Positions 26,662 to 39,500 of a DNA stretch of 64,000 bases are shown piece by piece. The DNA lies in assembly GCA_028534125.1 (NCBI GenBank), contig CM052816.1, positions 50,780,001 through 50,844,000 of the forward strand. Reading direction: 5' to 3'. The position numbers and the translations under genes were made by a program. This stretch comes from Lama glama. Lineage: Eukaryota. Within the stretch, counting starts at the first letter, position 1. Every line of letters starts with the position of its first letter. The notes beneath the pieces were generated by a model, which was given only the letters and a program-made list of their open reading frames with translations, was not told where the DNA came from and ran no database searches.

Positions 26662-27027
26662 AGAAATAAAAATAATGAACTACTGATGGAATGTAACAAA
26701 ATGGATGAAGCTCACAGACATTTTATTGAGCAAAGAGGCTAGACATAAAACCTACATACTATATAATTCATTACGTGAGGTTCAAGAACAGTCAAGATAA
26801 CCTATGGTGTTGAAGACAGAATAGTGTTTATCTCAGAAGGTAAGGGTTGGGCATGCCTGGGAAGGGCATGAAGGAACCTTTTGGGTATGGAAATGTTTTA
26901 AATTTGATCTCGGCAGTAGTTACCCAGGTCTGCACACACGTAAAAAAACATCATCAAGGTGCAGAATCCTAAAATTCATGCATTTTATGCACTTGCCTAT
27001 AAGAAGCGTTAACTTCAATTAAAAAAT
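26662..27027 (+). mobile_element. L1ME1/2-like 3' UTR
   Basis: 'aatgaactactgat...atggatgaagctcacagacatt...gaagggcatgaaggaaccttttggg...ggaaatgtt', ending 'ttcaattaaaaaa'. Confidence 0.8.
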
Positions 27028-28039
27028 GGAGAAAAGAACTAGCTTGTTAGTCTCCTTTCTCTAGATCCTGCTCTCCTTTGCTTAGTTTCCTTCATTTCTT
27101 TCTCTCTCATCTTTTTCTCCTTCATATCCTAAATAGAAGATGATAATTTCACAATGTTTAGGAGTAACAAGAAATAATTTAGGAAAATTCTGCTTGAAAA
27201 ACAAGTAAAAATTCATGATCTGTATTATTCCTTTTCTCCAGCTATTGGCTGAGAACTGAGTGAAATATTTTAACTTTTTTCTTCTAGGTCTCCACAATGC
27301 AAGGATCAACCCAAGTCAAGCATATCCCATGTTACAGCCTCCCTCCATGGTAGTTGGAGGTGCAGCCAACACAAGTTTTGTGGTTCTAAGTCACTAATGT
27401 TAGTCAGGTAATTAAATAAAAGCGGTACACTCTGTCTATATTAGGCACAGCTCTTTTGCAAGCCGAGTGGTATTATTAGTCCTGAATGTCTAGAGACGGC
27501 AAAGCATAGCTTATTATCAGCCTAGGACTACAGACACTATGCACAAAGAGTCTTGGCATCTGTACGGTTGTGGTACCATTAGCAGATCAATGTTCTCTCA
27601 ATACACTGCAAAAGTCATGTGATTAGACAAGAAAGTTTGCCACCATTACCAACTCTTAAGTATTAATGCAGCAAATAATATTTATAAATTATTTTGTATC
27701 ATTTAAGGTAGGAAATGCAAGGCATGGGTTTTTTCTTAATGTCTCAAGTGCTATTGCCCCAATTATGTATATGATGGAAATGAAAACAAGTGGTTCATTT
27801 GTTTGTATAAAATATCTAAAAATATCTAAAAATAAAGGTGATAGTAGGTACCCAAATGCCTGATTCCACATTTCTTTCTTTTAACTTTATTGAATTAAGA
27901 AGCAGTTTCAAGTATTTAGCACTTATAAGTGATTATAGTACATTTACACTGAAATACTGCCTTAAAAATAAAAACAAAATCACAGTTGTACTGCTAAATC
28001 CAATGCTTAATTATTCCCTTATTTTTCATGCTAGTGAAG

Positions 28040-28225
28040 TGTGGTGATGTAGTGTGGAGTTTGCAGCCGTACTAAGTCCCAGTTCAATCACTTCCTAGCT
28101 ATGTGATTCTGAACAAGTTTCTTAACCTCCCTGGGTCTCAATTTTCTCACTGTAAATTAAAGATAATAATGGTACCACTCTAAAAACATTCACTCAACAA
28201 GCACTCAAAAGTGTTAACTATTGTA
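28040..28225 (+). mobile_element. MIR SINE
   Basis: 'cacttcctagctatgtgattctgaacaagtttcttaacctccctgggtctcaattttctcactgtaaa...gataataatggtacc'. Confidence 0.85.
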
Positions 28226-28335
28226 AACCACTCAAAACTTTGGAAAATAGATACATATAAAAATTGTTTACTTTTCGTTTTACATAAAAATTGACAATTT
28301 CTCTGGGGTCTTTTATACTTTTTTGTAATTCATGC

Positions 28336-28835
28336 NNNNNNNNNNNNNNNNNNNNNNNNNNNNNNNNNNNNNNNNNNNNNNNNNNNNNNNNNNNNNNNNN
28401 NNNNNNNNNNNNNNNNNNNNNNNNNNNNNNNNNNNNNNNNNNNNNNNNNNNNNNNNNNNNNNNNNNNNNNNNNNNNNNNNNNNNNNNNNNNNNNNNNNNN
28501 NNNNNNNNNNNNNNNNNNNNNNNNNNNNNNNNNNNNNNNNNNNNNNNNNNNNNNNNNNNNNNNNNNNNNNNNNNNNNNNNNNNNNNNNNNNNNNNNNNNN
28601 NNNNNNNNNNNNNNNNNNNNNNNNNNNNNNNNNNNNNNNNNNNNNNNNNNNNNNNNNNNNNNNNNNNNNNNNNNNNNNNNNNNNNNNNNNNNNNNNNNNN
28701 NNNNNNNNNNNNNNNNNNNNNNNNNNNNNNNNNNNNNNNNNNNNNNNNNNNNNNNNNNNNNNNNNNNNNNNNNNNNNNNNNNNNNNNNNNNNNNNNNNNN
28801 NNNNNNNNNNNNNNNNNNNNNNNNNNNNNNNNNNN
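28336..28835. other. Assembly gap (500 N)
   Basis: Exactly 500 N characters. Confidence 1.
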
Positions 28836-29065
28836 GGGGGGTGGGAAGAGATAGACTGGGATTTCAAAATTGTAGAATAGATAAACAAGATTATACTGTA
28901 TAGCACAGGGAAATATACACAAGATCTTATGGTAGCTCACAGAGAAAAAAATGTGACAATGAATACATATATGTTCACATATAACTGAAAAACTGTGCTC
29001 TACACTGGAATTTGACATAACATTGTAAAATGATTATAAATCAATAAAAAATGTTAAAAAAAAAA
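28836..29065 (+). mobile_element. Young lineage-specific L1 3' UTR with poly(A), camelid/cetartiodactyl type
   Basis: G-rich start, 'ataaacaagattatactgtatagcacagggaaatat', 'aacattgtaaaatgattataaatcaataaaaaatgtt' and an A10 tail. Confidence 0.85.
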
Positions 29066-29099
29066 GAAATCATTTGGCCATCTTGGATATAATCAGTAT

Positions 29100-29602
29100 A
29101 ATCACCTTGCCCACTGAATTGGTTTTCTACAACCACAAAGATGCCCTATAATGACCAATAACAAATCCCCAGTGGCATACAATGAATAGCACTGACTGCT
29201 TACACATCTGGTACGTGGCTATGGATTTCTGATCTAGGTAGGGTTTACTTGTATGTCTGGGACTGGCTAGCCAATGGCTGACCTAATGGCTGTGGCTAGG
29301 GTGATTTGGATGACTCAGTTCTATTCCACATGAATCTTAACATTCCAGTTAGCTCAGGTGTGTCATTGTCATGGTGATGGCAGAGTTTTAAAAGCACAGG
29401 TAGAAATGGGCAAACATCTTTCCAAGTCTCTGCTTGGTCATATCTTCTCAATCTTTCCAGCCTAAGTGAGTCACATGACAGAAGCTCTGAATCAAGAAGC
29501 AAGGATATATACTTCACCTCCAGATGCAAAGTCACATGGCAAAGGACAGGGTCCAAAGGAAGGGAGAAGATCTGATAGCATTATTGTTATCAGTTTACCA
29601 CA
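29100..29602 (-). mobile_element. MLT1G/H-like MaLR LTR
   Basis: 'tcatggtgatggcagag', 'agtcacatgac', 'gcaaagtcacatggcaaagg' and terminal 'ttaccaca'. Confidence 0.75.
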
Positions 29603-32600
29603 CCCATGTCCATGTAGATTATTGCTACCAAGTCTACCATGCTAATATAATTCACAACTTTTCAGGAACTGTCATGCATCATAATATGTTAATATATGCC
29701 TGCTTTGCACTCTGAATGCCACCTTGTACCACTTTCTCCCTTTCCTGTGTTCATCAGTTTCTCTCACAAGTGATCTCACCTTTCTTACTGTTTCCATTTC
29801 TCCTTTTTTTCTGGAATAAATATAAACTTTATTGCCAAGCAAATAATATAAGATACACATTTTTCTCTATAGTATAGTATGCCACTGTTGAGTACAACCA
29901 AAACCTTTAAATTTTGCACAAGTTAAATTTAAGTGCACGTAAAACCTAAATTTATGATGAGTATCTAAGGGCAAATATATCTTCTGTAGGTTTTCACTGT
30001 TACGAAAAAGAGTTGTGATTGATGGTTTATACTAATCTCTCCTGGCCACAATTGTTGCTGATATTTATATTCTTCTATAAATACTTCAGATCTGCCTAGT
30101 CCTGGGTCCACAGCTGACTTCAGTAACATCGCCACGTCTCCTGTGTATGCTGACCTAGCTAGCAACACCTCCACTTGTAAATACATGAATGACACAGATC
30201 CTTGTCTTCATAGCATATTCTGGCCAGCAGTTTTTACTATTTCTCTCCACCTGGGTTTTCAAAAGTAAATCAAGAATTTCCCCATTCTCTAAACTTCATA
30301 TCACGTTCTTTCCCACTTGGTATTTGTGACATTTTCAGTGACTTTGTAATGAAGATGCCCACAGTAAAATCGAAGCAGGAACTTAATAACTTCTTTGAAC
30401 TGCTTTCTGATGTTGAAATATGAGGATGGTTTTGAAATTGGTGCTTCCCCCTGAATAATAATATTTTTTTCCTTTTCTCTTCTTAGGACATTAGAGATCA
30501 TTTAGATCTTTTATTTTCAGTCCTTGGTACATCATTAACCTGTCATATCTCACTAAAAATATGTTTGCTTCTAAGAAACCTCTTACAGAGGAAGAATATC
30601 GATAGTAAAAGCCGATTTTTTTCAGAAATATCAAATGCGTATGTCCACCCTACAGACCTGTAGTGAAAAATGAGAGGATCACACACGTAGTTAGAGTATA
30701 AAATGCTACAAGCTAATGACAGGAAACAAGATATGACATTTGACAGGCTGTGTTCTTTTTCACCTTCTCCATCTCTCGTGCACTGCTCTCATTACTGTCC
30801 GCAGTGAATATTTAATATTTTATGTACTAATCAGGAGGAGATTATTCTGTTCTGTTTTTACCAACTCTCTTCCCGGCTAAATGACTTTTTTCTTCTGTTT
30901 CTTCATAAGGGTCACAGTTCCTCCATTCTTCCATGGTACTATACATTCTTTAATTCTTTGTTTCCTATGGTTCTGGAAAGAACTCCCCCCCCCCTTTTCT
31001 TTAGGCTGTCATGGAAAACAGCCTAATTGACCTAAATAAAGTTAGGTCTTACCCTTTCTGCTTTGGAGAAACTGAAAGTTTCACTGGCTGGAAAGACAAA
31101 CACACAAAGAAAATTGTTTTATGTATGTCTAGTTTGTATGTATGGCATTTATCTTCTTCATAGTTTTGTCATAAAATGGCCTGTCTGCTATAAGAATTTT
31201 TTTTTTAAGATGAGCTTAAAGAAAACTAGCAGCAGTTACAGGCAGATAAATGACCTCTTTCACCTTAAAATAAAAGACTTCAGAAACTCAAAAGAAAAGG
31301 ATAAGTAGACAACATTAAGAATGGAACTGATGGCTAAGGGGTGTCACCAGCTATTTGCTTTTTCAGACTGAAAGATCCAGTGATTTGGCTCAGAACACTG
31401 ATTCTCCTAATACATGATAAAGGTTGTATGAAATTTGAAATAAGCTATGACATCTGTGCTTGATTGTATGGTGACATAGGCACTATCAAAATCTGGACTG
31501 CAGTATAAATTAATGCAAGCTTTCTGTTCAGATTTCTAACTGTTTCTTTGATATGCATTATTTGTCCCTGTAGGCTGCCCTAATGGTTCATATTTGCCTG
31601 TCCAGCCTTATTCTTTTTTGAAATAATAAATAACTTTTAACTTTTTCTTAAAATAAAGGTTATGTATGTTCATTGTAGCAATCAGTCTGGTGTATTTAGA
31701 ATAAAATAATAAAATTAAAATTAGCATAATTCTAACAAGCAGAGTGAATAACAATTAGTGTTTTAGTTATTTCCTTTTAGTCTCTTTACATCTCTAACTA
31801 TATGATCCATCAGTGCCTTAAACTCAATATAACCAAAATTGGAAGTACTCTATATTGAGTGCCTATTAACCATCAAGCATTATATTTAACAAAGTTAAGC
31901 TCGTATCCTACTGACTCTTAGAGTCTAATGGCCGAGTAATAAGCAAATGGGTAAACAAATCTATTTGTGTCATCTTTCCTCCCAAACCTACTCCTCCTCA
32001 TTTTGAAAGACAGTTAAGAACATTTCCTCTTACACGACCTTCCAATCACTCTTTCTGCTTAATAGATATTATCTCCTTAACTTACAGCATTCACATCAGC
32101 TACCTTTTTCTATTACCTACTCCCTTTATTTTGGTTCAAACCTCATTGGCTTTGTCTAAACTATTACAATAACCTAAACACTATGCTTCACACCTCCAGA
32201 ATGTGCTTACTAAAACACAATTGGTCTTATTGCTCCTCTCCTCTATATCAAAGCTTTGCTTTTGTTTTAATTAGAAAATTCTGCAACTCTAGTACTTCTT
32301 AAATCTTTGATTTTAAGACACAAATAAGATGAGTAATATCTCTGTTATGGTTCTTTCTACTCAATAAAAAAACAAAAATAGGGCAAATGCAAGGAATCTA
32401 GAGAGTTTGAGGTGGGTGGAATCTTTTGGTAGGCTTATCTTTTCTGATATTCTTGGTCCACCATATTCTTCTCATGTGTAAATTATCTGAGAAAAAATGT
32501 GAAGTTGGAGATGATAAGACAAGAAGTTAAATAAATAACTAATGGCAGAAATAAATTTTAAAATAAGTGTATAGTTTAGAATAAATAAGAAGGGAAGGGA

Positions 32601-32932
32601 ATAAAACATCAAATCAAAACATAAGATATAAGACCTAGGACTTAATATAGGTAGGACAATGATGTGGGTTTAGACTGAAAAAATAAAGTATGCTATGAAG
32701 AAATAGATGGGATAATCATAATTTTTGTAAAATGATAGTTTAAGATCATGTGTAGTAAACACCCCTGAGAGGATATTCTTCTTCTCACTTAAAATTTGTT
32801 ACTCTTTTTAGTATGCAGCATAACCTCTCAAAGGTTATCTATATATTCCCACTTAAGCAATAACAAAACTTTGCAAACCTGGTAAGAAAAGGAATGTGGG
32901 ACTGGCTTACAACTCAGAGGAAGGGACAATAA

Positions 32933-33150
32933 AATGGAGTCAGACAAACATGGGTTCAAATCTTGCCTCTGCCACTTGCAAGCAGTGAATCTGCATGAGT
33001 TACTTAATTTCTCTGAGTAAGAACATCCTCATACAGAAAACGAGAACATTAATGTACATCTTACAGAAATGCAGAAATGCTACATGTCATATATTTGGCA
33101 CAACTGCTTGGCACTTTTCTCAGTAAATGGTGTGTATTGTTAGGATTACT
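32933..33150 (+). mobile_element. MIR SINE
   Basis: 'tggagtcagacaaacatgggttcaaatcttgcctctgccactt...agttacttaatttctctgag'. Confidence 0.85.
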
Positions 33151-34339
33151 AGAATCATTGAAAGGTCTAGAACCAAGGCAAAGTCATCTCATACCAAAAT
33201 AAAAGCAATCTGTGGTTAGGCCTAAATTATGTTTTATGCCTAAAGAAAGATGTTATCAGAGAACTTTATGTAGTAATTACTATGTTATGAATACTTTAAT
33301 TATTAAAAGCCCTCATGTAGTATATGTTCTTTAGAGGGGAAATGTAATCTTTAGCATTTATCCTGTTAATGCTTCCACTTTTCCGCTTTCCATTGTTTGT
33401 GGAAGTGGGTTGCTGAGAGAAGTCTTGGAAGAAAAGCATAAAGTATTTATTTCATTGGCGAATAGGCCAGACACTGGTATTTGAAAGACCTCTGCTAAAG
33501 TGTTAAACGCAATGACTTCAGTGATTCATGCTTGATGTAGTAGTTCAGGTCACTTCGAGGTGTTTTGCAACCTGTGTTTTGGCAGAAATGTAACTTCCAA
33601 CTTCATTCAAAGGCCCAAAGAAAAAACATCTATTCTAATCAAACAATCGGGGAAAAAAAAAAAAGAGGAGAAAACGTCTTTCCCAGTAAACACTGAGCGG
33701 ATAGACCAGTGTTTGTAAAGAATCCACTAACTCATGGCTCATCCAGAAAGTGTGTCAGGACACTAGGTATTTAGTTTCTAAAACATGTTGTACTTGGCTT
33801 TTCTACCTTTAATAAATATGATGGAGCAGCCAACATGCAATCGAGAAGGACAACATGCGCACAGAACCATCAATTTCGTTTCAAACTTGCTGGAAGAGCA
33901 GAGGGTTGACTTGATGGGTCCTTTTAGGATGTTAATTCCCCAAGAGTCTCTTAGTCTTTCCATGCTTAGTAAGTAAATTCTATGACTGGAAACAAAACCC
34001 AGCACTACTATTTATGGCCAGCTCACAGCTCTAGTCCATGGGGGACTGTGCTGGCCAAGACCAGCAGTGTTGTTCAGTATGAACATACCTTCCAGGGGCT
34101 TTAGTTACTCAATTCACAGAACTGAAATTTGGGAGAACTTTGAGGAAAAAATAGAACTAGGACTTGAGACCCCATTTTTCTAAATCTGAACATTTATAAA
34201 GTTGTTTGGAGCATATGAATACATGATAATCTGGAAAAATTTAATCCCAAGAAATATTTCTTGCCGTTTGTTTAATTTTCCTTTTGCTTCTTTTACTAGG
34301 TGTATCCAGATAAATATTAGCAAATGTAGTGAGAACTTT

Positions 34340-34805
34340 TGTCAACAATAGTTAGCATTTTGCTGCTAGGATTCAATAAGCGATTATTCTCAATGATCAT
34401 TCATATACCAAGTCATTGATAAAAATGCTAATCAGAATAATATCTGAATCAGAATATTGCATCTCACAATGAAATATCCCTCTAATAATGATGTATATTC
34501 ATTAGTCAGCCCCTTTTTTGTACATTTGTTCTGTTATGAATCCATCAAACTCCCTATAATTTCAAATTTTATTTCCCAAAATTATCCAATTGTCTATCAG
34601 GACATGAGAGACCTTGCTAATATACGTTGCTAATACACACTAATATAAGACTCCTAGGTTAACAACATTTCCCAATCTAGTGGAAGAGTAACCCCACTTG
34701 TGATAAAAGGAAGTTAGTCCAATTTGACCTCCTTTTAGTAAACTCAGTCTGGGTCCTTGTGAGTTCTAGTTTCTCTTTCATCTGCTCAAAAACTATTCAC
34801 TTTTA
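34340..34805 (-). mobile_element. L3 (CR1) fragment A
   Basis: 'ccaagtcattgataaaaatg', 'ttatgaatcca', 'catgagagaccttg', 'aaaggaagttagtc'. Confidence 0.7.
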
Positions 34806-34811
34806 ATGCCT

Positions 34812-36135
34812 TAAAAGTAGCTTTACTGGAATATGCTTTATATAATACAAAGTTCACCTTTTAAAATTGTACAATTAAATGTATAGTATATTTCTGGAGT
34901 TCTACAACCATCACCATAATATAATTTTAGAATATTTTCATCATCCCCAAAAGAAATCTTGTAAGCATTAGCAGTTACTCCCCATCCCCACCCTGCCCAA
35001 TTTCATTCCCTTTCTCTGCATCCCCAGGCAACCACTAATCTGCCTTTAGTCTCTATATATTTGCCTATTTTAGACATTCTCTATAAATGGCATTACACAA
35101 TGTGTTCTTTTGTTTTTGACTGTTTTCATTTTATACCATGTTTGAGGTTCTTCCATGTTATAGCATATATTAGTACTCCATCCATTTTTATTGCTGGATA
35201 GTATTTCATATTATGGATATACCTTATTTTATTTATCCATTTATCAAATGATGGGAATCTGGATTATTCCACTTTTTAGCTATTATGAATAAAGCTGCTA
35301 CAAACATTACTGTACAGGCTTTATGTATGAGGATGTGTTTTTACTTCTCTTAGGCAAATACTTAAGAGTAAAATTACTGGGTCATATGCTAACTCCATAT
35401 TTAACATTTTGAGGAACTGGGCAACTAGTTTCCAAAGTGACTGCACCATTTTATATTCCCACTAGCAATAAATGAGAGTTTCAGTTTCTCAACATCTTTA
35501 CCAACACTTTTTATTATAGCCACTCTAGTGGATATGAAGTGCTATCACAGGGTTTTGATTAGCATTTCCCTAATGACTAATAAAGTTGAGTATCTTTTCA
35601 TTTGCTAATTTGTCATCTTCTCTGGATTAATGTCTATTCAAATCCTTCATACATTAAAACATTTTGGTTGCCTTTTTATTGTTGAGGTTTAAGAGTCTTT
35701 TATACTTTAACTACAGGTCTCTTAACAGAGCTCTAATTTGTAAATATTTTCCCCATTCTGCTGGTTGTCTTTTCCTTTTCTTGGTAGTATTCTTTGGAGC
35801 AGAAAAGTTTTTAGTTTGAGTATGAAGTCCATTTATCAATCCTTTATCACTTGTGTTTTTGGCTTCATGTCTAAGAAATCATTGACTAACTCAAGATCAT
35901 AAAGATTTACTCCTGTGTTTTCTTCTAAACGTTTTATAGTTTTAACTCTTACATGGGTACCTATGATCCACTTCAAGTTAATTTTTGTTTATGTTGTGAG
36001 GAATCTAAATTTTTTTGCTTTTTGTTTGTTTGTTTTCATATAGATACCTTGTGGTCATGGCATCATTTATTGAAAGACTTATTCTTTAGTGAACTGTCTT
36101 GGTCTCTTTGTCTAAAATGACTTAACCATAAATAT
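34812..36135 (-). mobile_element. L1MB-type LINE, 3' UTR and ORF2 C-terminus
   Basis: 'ggcaaccactaatctgcc', 'aaattactgggtcatatg', 'ttccaaagtgactgcaccattttatattcccactagcaa', 'agcatttccctaatgactaa'. Confidence 0.93.
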
Positions 36136-36889
36136 TAGAATTTACAGTTTATTTTCAATGCCATTTTTATCTAATTCTAATATAACGGGATGATAAGAAA
36201 TTACATCAATTTAATAATATGTTTTGGGGGAATTATATTATTTCTGTCTTTTTATTGAAAAAAAGCACATAGTTACTCTACCATTTTATACCACTTTCAA
36301 AACACTCAGCCTTCTTTATATTCAGGGCCTAAAAATTCTTTTGAATCATTTTGGCTTTGCCATAATATTCTTTTCACAATCCACACTCATAGTCATGATC
36401 TCTTGTTACTTTTAGGCTTGGCTATTGATAAAATTTCAAAATACATTCTGAAGTCTTTGACAGGTAGAGGATGTCACATAGATTGATCATACTAAACTCT
36501 TTGAACTTTGAAAATTCTATGATCTATTCCAGAAAATGTGACCATTCCTACTAGACATAATTGCATTTCTTGTAATGTATACTCTATATGCCCCAGAGCT
36601 TTTTATTCCAATGCTAGGTCAAAATAGTTTTTAAGATATTTTATATGTCAAAGGAAGGAATCAAATTTAAGTTCAAATCCAACCATATGTATTAAGTGCA
36701 AGGAACTTTAAAGAAAAACATGTGGTAACTAATCATCACTAATGTATTTGTAGGCATTAATAATTTATATTGGGTCTGGTGGCTTGAGATCGTACTTTGG
36801 TTTTTAGACACCTCCCATTTTCCAAAATGTTAATGAGCAAAAAAGAAAAGAATGACTTAAAATCAAGAAAATACAATAATCTCTCTTAC

Positions 36890-37370
36890 AATAGGGCCCC
36901 TCAAAGCAGTTTGTAGACTATACTTTTCTCCTGTTACAAAATAGCTGAGTTACCCACACATATCCCTAGTCTCTCAGCAGCCCTCTGTATTCCAAGATTC
37001 CAAGATTGCTGTTGCTCTCATTTGAAAGTTCTTTTTGTACTTTGTGGCTGAATTCACTCCAGCCTTCAGGTAAACTCCTTTAGAGCTGTTAGGGTCCCTT
37101 TTAGAATTATTTTGTGTTTAATAAGTTTGTTTCCCCTTATCCATATTCATTTTACCATTTTCCATCAAGATGATTCTTCTTGATGGAAAAGAGAGAAGCA
37201 AAATAGAAAGTGGAGTTCAGCTTTTTGTATCTCCAAAACTTCACCATTGTCCTTGGGCAGCAAGCCTATTTTTCCCATGCTTTTATGACTTCAGAAAATA
37301 ATCTAAAGCAAGTTTTTTCCTCTGCCATCAACATTTTTACAATAGACTTTCTGACAATTCAAATAAGACT
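36890..37370 (-). mobile_element. L3 (CR1) fragment B, colinear with fragment A
   Basis: 'aagttctttttgtac...aactcctttagagc' and 'tcttgatggaaaagagagaagcaaaatag' follow antisense L3 order. Confidence 0.6.
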
Positions 37371-38174
37371 ATGCCATCCACTGGCACTTACCCTTAAAAG
37401 AGAAACTATACGTGAAATGCTTTGTATGGTTGGTTCTTGGCACATCATCAGGTACAGTGGTAGTCATCACTGTCCCTTTTGTCATCATGACTGCCATTAT
37501 TAACTGCTCTTATTTCTCTCTTTGGAACTGGCTCCTTTAAAATTTGAAATATTTATGCAAATTTAATACTTTTTAAAAAATAGTACAAACCTCTAATAAC
37601 TGAAGAACCTTTTGACTCTAACCATCATCACTAATTCATCACCGTAAATTGCTTGTCTGTGTTCCCATAAGAAAACCAGGTTTCTAATAAAGTCTTTGAA
37701 AGAGAAATACTATATTTTCAGCAAACAGGAGGAACAAATTAAAAATTGGCTCCCATGCCTAAAGCTTTAAGTGAGTGCACCCCGTTGCTTTCAAAAGATT
37801 TTATGTAAGATATTTAGACTGGAAAGTTGATCTCACAGGTGTGCACACTGGGTCTACTCATGCTTTGACGAAAGGAGGGGGGGAGGGGCAGAGGTTGGGG
37901 GGAGGGACGGTCCTGTAAAACTGTCAAGTTTCCATGCCTAGTCAGAACTGGGGAATCACAGTCAGCAAACACAAGCTCAAGGCTAAAAAGTAATGATTAG
38001 ACGATTCTACCCCCAAAATGATCCATCTCTTTTTCTCCTTAGCTTTCTTTCTTGATCATCCCCATCTTATGATACTGCTCTACAGATCAAAAGTACAAGT
38101 TTCATCACTATTACTTTGTAATTTTTGCCATGTTTATAAATTTCTGGATTGTATGCTTTAATAATAATTACATA

Positions 38175-38425
38175 CATTTGGCTTAAGATAACCTTCTGTA
38201 CAAAGCCCTTTCTGACTCTCTTAGGTAAGGCCAACCACTTCCTCCTTGGTGTCCTCATTGTAACCATGCACATGTCCATCCCAGCTACACAACACTTCAC
38301 TGTGTCTATCTATAGTACACACCTCCTACTACCAGGTGTTAGTTCCTGGTAATGGCAACTGTACTGGGGGATACACAATAAATCTCAACAAATATTCATA
38401 GAATGACTCCATGAATAAAGAAATG
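38175..38425 (+). mobile_element. L2 LINE 3' end
   Basis: 'aagccctttctgact...' and tail 'ctcaacaaatattcatagaatga...atgaataaagaaatga'. Confidence 0.6.
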
Positions 38426-38599
38426 ATTTACCCAACAGTTACTACTTTGTTATCTTTTGTTGTATGACTTGAAAATCATTTTTTCATGTAAGAAACTAGT
38501 GTTTTACTTTATAAAGAGTGAATATTTTACTAGTCAAAGCAGGATTGGTATAGCAGTTAAATGCACTTTTTGCCTTGACTTTTTCTATTCCATCATTAT

Positions 38600-38865
38600 A
38601 ACAATACTCTGGTCAGTGCTGGTATAGCCCAGAGAAATATATATTTAACTTCAGTAGCCAAACTATTTTCCAAAACACTTGCATCAATTTACCCTTCTCA
38701 CCAATGGCGTATGATAACCTAGTAGTTCCAAAGACACTCCAACACTTGATAATGTCAGTCATTTTTATTCTAGCCGTTCGAGTGGATGTGTAGTGATATC
38801 ACATTATTTCCCTGATAATTATGTTGAATACTTTTCATATGTTTATTGGTGATTTGCATATGTAT
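38600..38865 (-). mobile_element. Old L1 ORF2 C-terminal fragment
   Basis: 'agccaaactattttccaaa', 'ccaacacttgataatgtcagtc', 'cttttcatatgtttattgg'. Confidence 0.75.
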
Positions 38866-38949
38866 TTCCATGGCAGAGAATAACAAATTTTTGAACGATG
38901 TTTAACACACCAAACCTGAATTGGAGGCTCATACTCACTTAGATCCCTG

Positions 38950-39500
38950 TTCTAACACTCCCCAAAATATTCATGAGCAAATGCTAACTTTAATATAGTT
39001 ATTTGTGTCCAAAGATGAGGAATAGCCAGAAAGAAGCAAACATAGAAACAAACCTACACATGCATGCACACATATATCTCAAAGGAAAAGTATGTGAAAT
39101 CCTTATATGAAAGGGGAAGTATCCACCTATATATAACTCTTATAATCTGAGAGATTGAAACATGGTCTTTGAAAAAAAAAAAGATCCCAAATAAATGATA
39201 TTAAAAGTTAACGAAGACTGTAAAACATCAGGAGAAGACCAACAAATAGTTAAAGCTCAGAAAGGAAATGGAGGAAAAAGAAAACCTTAACAGATTAAAA
39301 ACTACATTAAAAACAATAAAAGGTAAACAGGAGATATAAAAGAAGAGGTTCATAAAATTACATAACAAAATGGAAAAGAAAAAGATACAAAAGTGAATCA
39401 AAAAAAGATAAAAGACAGAAAAAGGAATACCAATGTATATACACTATTGTTCTTAGGAAAAAAGAACAGAACAAATGAAAAAAGTATTCTAACAACAGCA
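38950..39500 (+). mobile_element. HAL1/L1 ORF1-like A-rich fragment
   Basis: A-rich coiled-coil-like stretch with 'aagacagaaaaaggaataccaatgtatatacactattgttc...aaagaacagaacaaatg'. Confidence 0.45.

Noticed and set aside
28218..29018. Four long ORFs containing X runs
   Set aside because: Artefacts of translating the 500-N gap
30338..30423. Protein-like stretch DFVMKMPTVKSKQELNNFFELLSDVEI* after ttttcag
   Set aside because: Weak acceptor, no recognised homology, no partner exon
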